Positions 1 to 12,977 of a DNA stretch of 64,000 nucleotides are shown piece after piece. The notes below the pieces were generated by a model, which was not told the origin of the DNA, searched no databases, and saw only the letters and a program-made list of their open reading frames with translations. Every line of letters begins with the position of its first letter. Positions within the stretch are counted from its first letter, which is position 1. The stretch is from the human T2T-CHM13v2.0 reference genome, Homo sapiens, in contig CP068257.2 of assembly GCA_009914755.4 (NCBI GenBank), positions 37,440,001-37,504,000 of the forward strand, given 5' to 3'. Position numbers and translations under genes: made by a program.

Positions 1-2044
1 AAATATTCCATCTTCCTCTTCCCCAAGAGAAACGAGAAATGACACTTGTTTTTTCCAAGACACTCACTCCAAAGGAGTTACAAAGGATCCAGAGAGATTT
101 CTCATCAAAGGGATTCAAGACAATGACAATTTCTAACATAACTGAAATGACTGATCTGCTACTCAGAAACTTCTTAATTGCCTTGACCGCTCTCTACCCT
201 TGCTTCCAGTAATTTCGTTATTATTATTGTGTTGGTTGTTTCGGAAAACATCTCAATGTGTTTTCAACAGTTGTCATGGAGAGCTGGCATCATAAGGACT
301 TCCTGGAGAAAAATCACCTCAAAGGCTCATGTCCTCCACACACACCCCCAGCACACATGCAAGGATTTTGCAGGAGAAACAGGAAGGAACTTTGAAGACA
401 AAAATATTGTGATGTGATCTATAAATTCATTTCTTTCTTTTGGCACTCATGTGGGTCCTCACCATCTGCCATCACCTACAAATTATTGGCTTTTATTACA
501 ATGTTATGATTACACATGACAGCAAACACAAAACTTTAACAAATTAACAAAGCATAATTAACACAACTGAAACGTGATTGAGAAACAGCTGCAAACCAAA
601 GCTCTAACCAGTAAGGAAAGGCACCAGAGAATGTGTCTACATGCAAGTGTTTAGCAATATCTTTGTATTGAGACTATTTGTCAGCTCAGAGGCACAGCTA
701 CCTGCCAATATCAAGAGACATTTTCTAACATCTAAGCAGTTGTAGAGAGAATGATTACTGAAAAATCCACAAAATCACCCAACAAGGACGTACAAATTCC
801 ATAATGTTGGGCGAAACAAAGCATTCTGCATTTTTCACAAATAGATACCTGCATAAATCATTTAATACTGTTCCTTTCAATCATCAGGATCATCTTTGTA
901 TTTGGAGTCCTGTGAAAAGTGTACTGCATACAAAAGCACATGGAACAAAAGAGCACCAAGATGTCACAGGTGGAAGAAAATGGAATCTGTGCTCCAAGAC
1001 TCTGCAATCTCTATTAACAGCATTACTATTCAAAGTTTGTGAAAGAAAGTGCATGAATTCCGAAAGCCATTTGTTCCCTCTGACATGATGGAGCTTTGAG
1101 GAAAGACATCTAATAGAAGAGAAAAGATCAGAAGAGAAAAATCAAACAATTGTGTCTGTGAAGCATGCCTCCCTTCTTAGAACTTTCTAACGTTTAGGGC
1201 AATACCCAGACTTTCTTTCCTTGTTGTACTTCCACCCATGTCCCCCTCTTTGGGAGACAGGATCACCGGCAGGTGCTATGCTTTTCTTTGGGACCCCTTC
1301 AGTTTCTTCTCTTTACTTCCCATCTCACCCCTGACCATTCAGGCCTATTGCCTAATCCCATTTTTAATTTGCTGTCACTTTTTTTCTCTTCCTTCCCTTT
1401 GAGATGCTGCTTGGAACATTTTTCCTTTTCAGTATTCTCCTTTTAGAAATTTAGAACATTCGCCTTTGAAGTCTTATCTGCAATTTTTTTCCTCCTCATT
1501 AAGTTCCAAGTTCCACTGGAAAACTAGGAGAGAGGAACAAGTGGCAGATGACAAGAATATTAAAAAGGACTTAGAAACAGAAAATGCCACTCTCACAACA
1601 ACCAGAATATAGAAAATTGAGCTCATGTAAGCTTCCTAGATCTTAACCGCACTGATGTGAGGCAAATTGCAAAGTCACAGAATTCCTGCAAAGGAAAGAA
1701 AAATTCTCTTCTCACAACATAGAGGGGGTTTGGTGTTATTGAGCCACGGTGCACCTGTGTGCTAATTTTAACCGCTCCTTTCCCTCCTGCCCCCATGCCC
1801 TTAGGGACATGCTGAAGACTCAGTAAGATGAAGGAGGAGCCCAGACACTCCCTCCTGGCTCCTTTTCCAGCCTCACCTGGAAACCTCCTCAGAGACTCCA
1901 ATCCCTGCCCATGCCCACCCGCCAGACACTCCTCTTCCCTCTGTGCTCATTCTACAAACAAAATGCTTCAGGAGCACGGCCAGCAGCACTGGCTAGTTGC
2001 CATCAGGAGGGAGGGCTCCTGGTGAGCCCCCTCTCTCCTTGCCA

Positions 2045-2845
<801 letters not shown>

Positions 2846-3415
2846 TCATAAATACTGATTGAGGGTTCTGTGTGCCAGGCTGTATTTTTCCAGGCACTAT
2901 GTAGACAATAGTGAACAAGACAGATGAAATCTCTGACCTGGGAGTCTTCTGCCAGAATCCATGAAACTATGGCAGGCCCACTTGTTAGTTTGCAAGTAAG
3001 GTAAAATCTCAGACAGCTCACAATTCTTCACAATGCTTTTTAAAACTGTGTATCTTAAGGCCTTTATACAAACACGTTAAATCTGGTCTATGGAGTCTGC
3101 CTAAACACTGGGAAAGACTTTAATCACAAAATATTAATTTTACACACCTTCTCACCGAGTTGAAAAGCAATGGAATCCCAAGGAAACATAGTAGATACTA
3201 ACTTACTATCCTCTGATTCCGTGGAAAGCTTATTTGCCATTTCTGGGATAGTTTGCTATACCCATTCACAGGTTGGCCAGGATGACAGGGAACACCTTGT
3301 GTTCACATCTATTCTTGTCACCTGCTGCTCTGCTTCCTAGACACATGGCCAGACCAAATTTCCCAGTGTCTTTTGCAGATGGGTGAGGGTGTGACCATTC
3401 TGGCCAATGGAATAG

Positions 3416-3761
<346 letters not shown>

Positions 3762-4889
3762 GCTTCTGTGTGGTCTTTCATACACGCAGTCTCCTCCCAC
3801 ATCCACCAGCTGAATGGAGGAGATGGGAAGGCCCTGGAAAATGGAACCACCGTAAGGCAGGAGCCTGGGTCCCTGAGTGATGCTGTGGAGTAGACTTTCT
3901 CCCCCGCAAGTTTCTGCCATCACCTGGACTTTACATGAGTAAGAAAGAAACTCCATTGTTCTGAGCCACTGAAAAATTGGGGTTGTGTGTTACAGAGGTT
4001 AGCCTATCTGACTAACTCAAACAGTTTCAGTATGTGGACCTCAAGTTTGTCTCACACACACATACAAATATATACACATAGATCAACGACACAGAAGCCA
4101 CGCAGACAGAAACGCCAGGACACAGCCACCACCTATGACCGTGCTTAATCTTCTCTCAATTCTTGCAAGCTCCTCTCATGCACTGAGAAATGTCCCAGAT
4201 TCAAGCATTATAATTGCTGTTATTTTTAGCAAGTTATTAAAGTTATATAAGTTATAAAGTTTTATAAATTATATAAGTGACCACTCTTGCTCGTGGAAAA
4301 ATACCATAAAATGATGCATGGTTGAAGAGGCTCAGATTATCAGCAAGACGAGACCCTGGAAATATCAACCCTCCTCATGGATACTTGGAATTCAGTGTCT
4401 GTGAACTCCGTTTCGGGGACTTATGCCAAAGAGAGTTCCTTGTCACTTTCCTTATGGATCAAATGATCTCCATTTGGGAAGCTTCAGGAAACACCCAGCT
4501 AAGGTGAGAATGCAGCCAGCTTCTCCGTCCCAAAGGAAGACTTTGGGCTGTTTTGGGGTTTGTTTAAACCAGGCCCCTTTGTCAAAATTCTGTGAAGCAA
4601 GACCCACCTTTGTGGGTAGAGAAGAGTCCAACCCAATGCATGGATTTTAGTCCTGCCTCTGCTTTCTCCTTTTCTAACCTGTTGCTATTCAGGGAATCTT
4701 TCTAAAACTGGATAAAAATGTAATGCAGCAAATGCTTATCCAGTATATGCAACGTGCAAAGCTCCAAGTTCGGCACTTAGAAAGACGCTAAGATGGGGAG
4801 CGACACGGCCCCTGCCCATCTATCTCTGTCCTAACTCCCAAGGGTCTCTCCTTCTCCACTCCCAACAGTGCTGGGAGGTAGACAAGGGT

Positions 4890-5040
4890 TGCTGCCCCAT
4901 TTAATGGATGAAGAAGCTGAGGCTTACAGAGCACAAGTTGTCTGCTGAAGATCACAAGGATCGATGGTGGCAGAGCTGAAACCAAACTGCAGATCTGTTG
5001 GGCATCCAGTCCAGCTCCACGCTACTCTCACCTCACTGCA
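4890..5040 (-). mobile_element. MIR SINE fragment
   Basis: 'ccccatttaatggatgaagaagctgaggcttacagag...gatcacaaggatcgatggtggcagagctg' matches the reverse complement of the MIR core ('gcctcagtttcctcatctgtaaaatgggg', 'tgtgaccttgggcaag'). Confidence 0.5.
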
Positions 5041-5090
5041 CACACGTGGAAACTTTATTGCAAACACTCCAAATTATGTTCAATTACTGG

Positions 5091-5167
5091 AAATATCAAA
5101 ATTTGAGACCCAAACAAATTATATCTCAACCAACAACATTCAACCCAGGGGAAAGGCAGTTAAAGGG

Positions 5168-5199
<32 letters not shown>

Positions 5200-5377
5200 G
5201 TGCACACACATGCATGCACATACATACACACACACTCAAATATCAAAATTTGAGACCCACACAAATTATATCTCAACCAACAACATTCAACCCAGGGGAA
5301 AGGCAGTTAAAGGGCATTTTACACACACACACACACACGTGCACACACATGCATGCACACACATACACACACACTCA
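5091..5377. repeat. Tandem duplication, 2 x ~145 bp, each copy ending in an interrupted (CA)n tract
   Basis: Copy 1 is 5091-5237 and copy 2 is 5238-5377. 'aatatcaaaatttgagaccc(a/c)acaaattatatctcaaccaacaacattcaacccaggggaaaggcagttaaaggg(t/c)attttacacacacac...' is repeated almost exactly. This generates the spurious 'HTHTHT' ORFs. Confidence 0.9.
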
Positions 5378-8300
5378 ATCCCTCACTCCACCTCTGAATT
5401 TCCTAGAGCATCATTCCACTCTGCCCTTTGCGAGGCCCATATTCGTAGCCTCTCTTGGTGTGGAACCACAGGGATAAGTCACAATATGTTCCCTCCCGGA
5501 ATAAATCACCTGTCAGCTGTCCTGCAGCTAGAATTTCTCGGTGACCTGTCCCCAGCTGGTCCTGCTGTGACAGCCGCAACTTGGGATTCCTATTTTCCCT
5601 GGGAGCAGGTGACAGCTTGCAGGCTTGCTGAAAGACACCCATCCCAGCTTTGACGGGGCATCTGCAGGGCCCTCACCTTCCTCTGCAGGGTCCCCGAGCC
5701 TCCTGCTCATCCATTTCCCCTCCAGCACCCCCAGAGCAGCCTGGAGCCAGCCTGCAATGTCAGACACAGGCAGCAGGTCACTCAGGCCCATGCACAGAAC
5801 CTGCTGTCCCATCTGCCTGGGCTGTCCCCAAGGCACAGGGGCTGCGGACACCCACCAACAGGGGGGAACCCAGAGGAGGGGCTCATAGAAGCAGGAGGAC
5901 GGAGCAGGGCTGACCAACAGGCACAGGGACACAGCCCGTCAGCAGTACCTCTGCTGTCTCTCTCGGTGGTTTCTGAAGGACCACTTACTGCTCAGCCCAT
6001 CTTCAGCCCCTCTCCAGATCCCACCAACAGGGTTTAAGAACCTTTGCTATTTCTGCACCAACAGTTTGGTTTTCCAAACTGGGAGGCTTGTGATCAATGT
6101 GCCCTGATTGGAACCACCACCGCCACCCCCCACCAGCTGGACTGAAAGGCACCTCACTCAGAAGGAGCTAAAATCCACAGCTTGCAGTGTGACAGAGCTG
6201 GAGGAAGATGTAATAGAGGAATCAACGCATTTTCCAAGCCATTTGGGGACCGTGGTATGGTTCGGCCCATAGAGTCTCAGTCACCCCATGGAGGAGCTCA
6301 TCAATGAGGCTTCAGAACAAGGCCTTAGCTCACTGGCTGGGTTCACATGACCCCACCATCATCCTCAGAACAGGAGCAGAGGACGAGGGATGGACGAGAG
6401 CAGCTGGGCGTCAGTGTGACCCGCTCTGAGACTCCCCAGACCTGGCGTCTCATTTGACCTGAGGGACAAGCCCTCTGCCCGCCTCTCACATGGCCAGGCC
6501 ACCCCCAGCTCTGCGTGGACACGCTGCTGTCTACGCTTGCAGAGCTGCTGTCATCTGAAGGCATCACCCACTCCTGCTAGATGGGACCGGATGAGCCACC
6601 ACCAGGGGACGAACTTCCTGCATCCCCATGTGCCCCTGGGCAGTTTCCACACTGCTGGCCTCCCCAGGTATGTAACTCCATGCATGGGCCGACCTCACCT
6701 TCCTAATGAGACCTGGTCCCTTGGGGCCAGGACAGTGGGGCCACTTCCTATAGCACAGCGCTGGTCAGACAGGAGAGAGGTGATGAATTCCCAGGCAGTG
6801 AGCCCCATTCTCCTTCCCCTCCTCACCCTTCCTAGAGCCTGGGGAAGCCTGCAGGCCACGGCCCCCCTCTGCGGGGTCCCCACACATGAGTCCCCATGCC
6901 TGATCCCAGACGTTCTACCCACAGCTGCCCACGGCAGGCATGGAGGTGACCAGCACCCAGGAGCTACCTGGCCTGAGGCCTCCAACACACAGGCTCACCA
7001 GCACGGGGGAGGGCTGCAGCCCAGCCCAGCCCTGTCGCTGCAGGCAGAACATGAGACCCACAGGAAGGCACCAGCTTTAGGGTGAGTCAGGCTGAGAGTC
7101 ACACACAGTGTGGGCAGCTGAGGCCATGAGGCCTCAGGCCATGTGCAGGGATCCTGGATGAGCCTCCACTCCTTCCTGCCCATACCTGAGACGAAAGATG
7201 CTCAGGGTAGCAGCAGTCTCGAGGCGGTAAGGCAAAGGCCAGCGGGGACGCTTGTAGGCAGCTAACACAGTGAGAGCAGAAACAAGCACTCAGCCCTCCG
7301 GGAGCTGCCAGCTTCACGGGAACGAGATCCTCTCCAGGGGATCTGGAGCGGCTGCGTGTTCCGCACATTAATCCTCTCCATGAGACCTGGTCACCTTTCT
7401 CCCCCTGAGTTCCTGAGCATCGCAGCTGGGGAATCTGGGCAGGGCCCCGTCATCGCCTAAGAAAATCGCTGCACCATGACAACCTGCAGCTCGCTAACCC
7501 CATTCTGCATTCATCTCAGCCTTCCCTTACTGCCTGTGTCTTACTTAATTTGCAAACATCTTGCACCCTCGCTTTCACCAGATCCTGGACTTAGAGGCAG
7601 TGTTCTTGTCCATAGAATTGTGCTCCGAGGCTGCACGCCCACCTCTCCAATGCTATTTCACCTTGCTCCATTCACTCGCCTCTCCAGCCCCATGTTTGTG
7701 GTGCCAGCAGCAGTGGGGAAGGTAGGAAGGAAGCTGGTGCATGGGGACAGGCAGCAGGGCTGCTGGATGGAGTGTCCCAGTGTGCCACACAGTGGCATCC
7801 AGCTTCCACCCTCCGAGCCAGTCAAGGTCAACCAAGAGCCACCAGGTGTCATGTCTGGAGATGGAGAACAACGGTGGGAGCAGCAAGAGATGTAGAGGGA
7901 TGCGGAGCCTTCTCAGAGAGGACACGTCTTTCTCACTTCTACCTCATGACAGGTGCCCGAAAATATTGTACAGGTGTATTCAGAAAGAGTAGAGAGCCAC
8001 GGATGTGAGTAGTGGCGGTGAGCATTAAATGCCACACTTACCTGCAGAACTAAGGATGAGTGATGGTTATGATGGAGAGAGTGTGGCTGGCAATGGCGTT
8101 ATGCTCTGAGAGTGAGACACAGAACAACCCTATCAAATGGTGGAATGATGGGAAGTGCATATAAAGAGTAGAATAAACCTCCTGATTGCCTTACAGGTAT
8201 TAACCAGGAATAAAAGGATGTTTTTCAAATCAGATGCTGGAGAAGAGGTAGGAGAAAGAGAAGAAGAGGTTAATAGCTGCTTTCAATATTGCTCACAATA

Positions 8301-8420
8301 GGGAACTGAGAGACCATAGGCAAAAAGAAAAGAGAGATAGGATGATTATTATATACAAGTATTAATAGAGAGGTAACCAAAAATATACACCTTTTGTGGT
8401 AGATTTAAGACAGCCACATA

Positions 8421-8712
8421 GGCTGGTGTCTCACAACTGTCATCACAGCACTTTGAGAGGCTGAGGTGAGAGGATCACCTGAGGTCAGAAGTTTGAGACC
8501 AGCCTGGGCAACATAGTGAGACCTGTCTATACAAAAAACATTTTAAATTAGGCAGCCATGACAGTAGACACTAGTAGTCCCAGCTACTCAGGAAGCTGAG
8601 GTGGGAGGATCACATAAGCCCAGGAGTTAAGAGGCTACAGTGAGCTATGATTGCACCACTGCACTCCAGCCTGGGTGATTTTTTTTTTTTTTTACAGACC
8701 CTGTCTCTAAAA
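8421..8712 (+). mobile_element. Alu SINE (older, AluJ/S-like) with an internal T15 insertion in the 3' tail
   Basis: 'ggctggtgtctcacaactgtcatcacagcactttgagaggctgaggtgagaggatcacctgaggtcag...gcactccagcctgggtga[t15]acagaccctgtctctaaaa', followed by (TA)8 at 8713-8728. Confidence 0.85.
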
Positions 8713-8743
8713 TATATATATATATATTCTTTGCTACTTCTTT

Positions 8744-9020
8744 GCTGGGTGCTGTGGCTCACTCCTATAATCCCAGCACTTTGGGAAGCCAAGGCAGGAG
8801 GATCACCCAAGGCTAGGAGTTTTGAGACCAGCCTGCACAATGTACCAAGATCCCATCTTTGCTAAAATAAAAAAATTAGGTAGGCATGATAGGCAGCTCT
8901 ATAGTCCCAACTACTCGGGAGGCTGAGGTGTGACAATTGTTTGAGCCAAGGAGTTCCAGGCAGTGAGCTATGCCACTGCACTTCAGCCTGACCCTGTCTC
9001 TTAAAAAGAGAAAAGAAGAA
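8744..9020 (+). mobile_element. Alu SINE (diverged)
   Basis: 'gctgggtgctgtggctcactcctataatcccagcactttgggaagccaaggcaggaggatcac...ccactgcacttcagcctgaccctgtctcttaaaaagagaaaag'. Confidence 0.85.
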
Positions 9021-9688
9021 AGAACATGGTGGAAGTGAAGTGACATTCTGAGACTTGTGAGGTTAGGCCATTAGAACTCTTGCAGTTTCTGCCTGGCCCT
9101 GCTGAACATGCTCTCTAGGAGCCCTGAGGCCAGGTGAGGAGTCCAAGCACTCTGCAGGTGCTCGGCCTAAGCCTCAGCTAAGCCTCACCCTCTGGCATCC
9201 ACTTCAAGTCACCAGACATGGAAGTCAACAGCCACTCAAATACTCTAAACCAACCCATTCACAGCTGAATATAATTAAGTGACTTCTGTTCAGGACGCCT
9301 GAAACAGAAGAATCACCCCGCCAGTCCCTGCTCAATTGCCTGGCTCACAAAATCATCTGTCAGTATGAGTTCATGATGCATTTGATCTCAAAGGAAATAT
9401 AAACTATCTTTAAGAAGATACTGTCCCCTGAAAAGGCCTAGAAATGTATCATCAACCCAGCAGCACTGAGCACTGTCATGCTGCACTGTGGTCTCTAAAT
9501 ACCATTTCCTACCAAAAAGAACGGGGCTGCCTGCAGGAATGGCTGATTCCAGATCCGAAAATGAAAATACACACAATGAATCTAAAATTGTGTCATCCAG
9601 AAATCAAAGAAGCTACCAAACATTAATAGGGGCATGCCAAAAGAAATCAGGAGTTCATCTGAATAAAATCTTACTCATCAAAAATAAA

Positions 9689-9983
9689 GGCCAGGCATGG
9701 TGACTCACACCTGTAATCCTAGCACTTTGATAGGTTGAGGCGGGTGGATCACTTGAGGCCAGGAGTTCAAGACTAGCCTGGCCAAAATGGTGAAACCCCG
9801 TTTCTACTAAAAATACAAAAATTAGCTGGGCATAATGGTGCACACCTGTAATTCCAGCTACTTAGGAGGCTGAGGCACAAGAATGGCTTGAACCTGGGAG
9901 GCAGAGGTTGAAATGAGCCCAGATTGTGCCACTGCACTACAGCCTGGATGACAGAGGGAGACTCTGTCTCAAAAAAAAAAAAG
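9689..9983 (+). mobile_element. Alu SINE (AluS-like) with A12 tail
   Basis: 'ggccaggcatggtgactcacacctgtaatcctagcactttgataggttgaggcgggtggatcacttgagg...ctgtctc(a)12'. Confidence 0.92.
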
Positions 9984-12977
9984 ATATAATTTAAGCATCA
10001 ATAAAAATAATAACTACAATAGGCTGAATCCATAGGTTCATAATAATATTAAAAAGCTCACTGCTCACAACTGGAAGATGGTCATGAACCACATCGCTAC
10101 TCTGAAGTTGATAAAGAGAAAAGATAAGGCATTTACTAATCTTTGCCTTCACAATACAAACTGCAGGATAACAAAAGAATTGATGGGCGAAAGGATTCCA
10201 ATTAGTAAACAAAGAAGGGATGATCTAATGTCACATTTTGAAACTCCTAATGAATTCATGGATCAAGGCAATGGAAACCACAAGAAAACCTGAGAGAAGC
10301 TGGTTTTAAATACTTTCTGATAGAAGAGCCCAGCAACATCTATGAAGTCATCTTAACACTCAAGAATTTAAACTCAAATCTGATCAAACCTCTAGCTCCA
10401 ACTACTAAAGTTTAGGAAAAGCAAGGCATAGAGAAACATGTTAGACAAAAGCATGGCACTATAGGAAGTTACAAGGCAAATGCGTTGATTTTTTCAATTA
10501 ATAAATGACCATACAACCAGAGAGGGACTTATGAACCAATTTAAACAAACTAAACTTGTTTGGATCCCAATTCAAATAAATCATCCAAAAAAATTCTTAA
10601 GACAATTTAGGAACTGTAAACACTGACTAAGTATTTGCTGATATTTTAAAAGATTGTTTTTATATGAGATAACAGTATAGTGGTTATTTGTTTTTAAGTT
10701 CTTTGTCTTTTCCTTATCTTTCAGATACACACTGAAATATTTAGAGATAAAATTATCTGATTCTTGGAAACTGCTTCAAAACAATTGGGTAAGGGCAAAG
10801 ATCAAAGAGGTTAGAAAAAACAAGATTGGCTAAATTGATAATTTTTGAGGCTAGGTGGTCAGTACATTCGCTTCATGATAAATGGCTCTCTAACTTGGTA
10901 TATGTTTTTAAATTTTGCGTTAAGTTTTTTAAAAACCATGCTGACAAATAATTTTCAGTAACATAGAAAATGCTTATGACACAATATTACGTGGGAAAAG
11001 GCAGGAAAAAATATCAATATAGTAAGATCCAAGCTATGTAAATCAGTATGTTCAATGCCCAAATGTTTGCAGTGGCTATTTTGGGTGGTGGGCTTATTAT
11101 GGATAAATGTCATCCTTTACACTAATTTTCCAACTTTCTTTTAATACAATGGGCACATATGACCTGGCGAATTAGGAAAAACAGATAGTTATTTTAGTTT
11201 TTAAGAGTAGGTGAACTATGAGCCATTTGAAATAATACTCTTGAGTCTTGAGTCTTGAGTGATGTGTTTAGGTAACATCCTCTGAGAGAGAGCTGGCACC
11301 ACCCCAGGGTGCCTCTTAGCACCTAAAAGTCACATCTGGTGTAAGATGGCAACGTGCCACTCTGTTTCTGAGGCGCCGTAAACAAAGGATTGATACATTT
11401 ATGTTTCCACTCAGTATGACCAAAGGAATGAAAAAAGTGCAATAATCTCACATATTTGACTCTCGGATGTCCCCAAAGGAGCGCAGCTTGGTAAATGACT
11501 ATCACTAGGTAATCACTGTTCTAGAAACTTCTGTGCCAGAGACAACTTGGGCGTTTTACAGTTTTTGTTCTGTTGCAAGACGTGATCCAGGGGATTATGC
11601 ACACTCCTCTCCTGCCTTTCTCCACAGGAAAGCAGACTGTTAGTCCCTCAGCAGGGCAGAGCATGCCAGGTCAGGGGCTCTCTCAGCAGACATTTCCTCA
11701 GAGGCCCGAAGCCCTAGCACCTCCCATAAGCAGGGCCTTGCTTTCCAGTGGAGTGTTTGTGTAAAAGGAATTTTTATGCCAGTGCCCTCTTAGGAATCTT
11801 TCTTTAAAATCATATGAAAGAAATGCAGAGAGAGATCTGAGTAAATCCTATATAACCCATAAGCCTAGAAAGTTCCAGAAGCATTCAGAATATTAATACA
11901 GCCATCATCAGGCCTTTTCCTCTCCCATGGAGTCATTGGCACCCTGGGAGATCTGGCTGGATAGTTCTGTCCATAATCTCTTAGATTTCTTGGTGGTTTT
12001 GTTTTATTTTATTTTTCCTCTTCTTGATATCCCTCCTGAGGATGATTTGACCTTTCTGGTAAAAATCTTAACTTGGGAATTTCTTGGATTTCCTGCCTGG
12101 AGATTATCACTCCAACATTTCCATATCGCATCTGCACATCTGTGTGGTTTCCAGCATTTGTACTTCATTCCGTCACTCCCCAGTGGCTCTCAAATGTCTT
12201 CTCCAATCTCAACAAACTGCCCTCTGGGGCTGTAAGCTCCATTTTTATCGATGGGAAAATAGAGACACCAAGAGGACTTGGCGAGGAGCGAATTCACCCT
12301 TGCCTGGACCCTGCTCCAGCCACGCTGGCCGGCCTCAGCGAGGGGCACCCACACACACAGGCCCAGTGCTCCACTCAGACACCTAAGGAGGCAGAGGCTC
12401 CATTAACACACCCTCATCCTCACCAGGCTTCCTTCTTTAGCCACAGGTGTGTCTGCCGTGACAGCATCTACCCCAGCATCAGTATGCAAATAAGCCAAAG
12501 GTGCAATGCATGGACTGACCTCCACGTAGATTTCACAGGATGGAACTGCCGTTTACAGGAGTCCTGTATATGGGAATCTAAACTTACCCATGAAAGGCAG
12601 AAAAGCTTCGGGAAATCACTCTTCGGGAAAGTAGAAGAAGAACTTAGATAACCCACCACCTCCCAGAGTGCACCCAGATGGAATGGATGCATCCTTCCTC
12701 GGGCTGAAAGGTCTGAAGAGAAGCTCCCTAGATCAGAGCCTCTCACCGGATTAAAATCCAGATGCAGATTCAGTAGGTCTGGCACGGCCTGACATTCTGC
12801 ATGTTAACAGCCCCTAGTTGATGCAGATGCTGCTGGTCCTTGCAGCCCACACTTTAAGTAGCAAAGATTTAGAGCTGAGCTGCCCAATACAATGGCCACT
12901 ACCTACTGTGGCTGTTGAGCCCTTGAAATGCAGCAAGTTATAATTAAAATGTGCTGCAAGTATAAAATACACACAAG

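Noticed and set aside
4964-5653. 229-aa ORF with 'HTHTHTHT' and a duplicated 'ISKFETQTNYISTNNIQPRGKAVKG' segment
   Set aside because: It arises from the (CA)n tracts and the 145-bp tandem duplication. The ORF is a repeat artefact.
12073-12651. 192-aa ORF with no repeat origin
   Set aside because: It has no recognisable domain, no splice or Kozak support, and sits in AT-rich unique sequence. An ORF of this length is expected by chance in 64 kb read in six frames.
12700-12977. Segments resembling common ancient repeats ('aatctgcattttaacaag...gatgctgatgctgctggtcc', 'tggccactacctactgtggctgttgagcccttgaaatgcagcaag')
   Set aside because: I recognise them as recurrent interspersed-repeat motifs but cannot name the family reliably. 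They are not reported as features, to avoid a false label.
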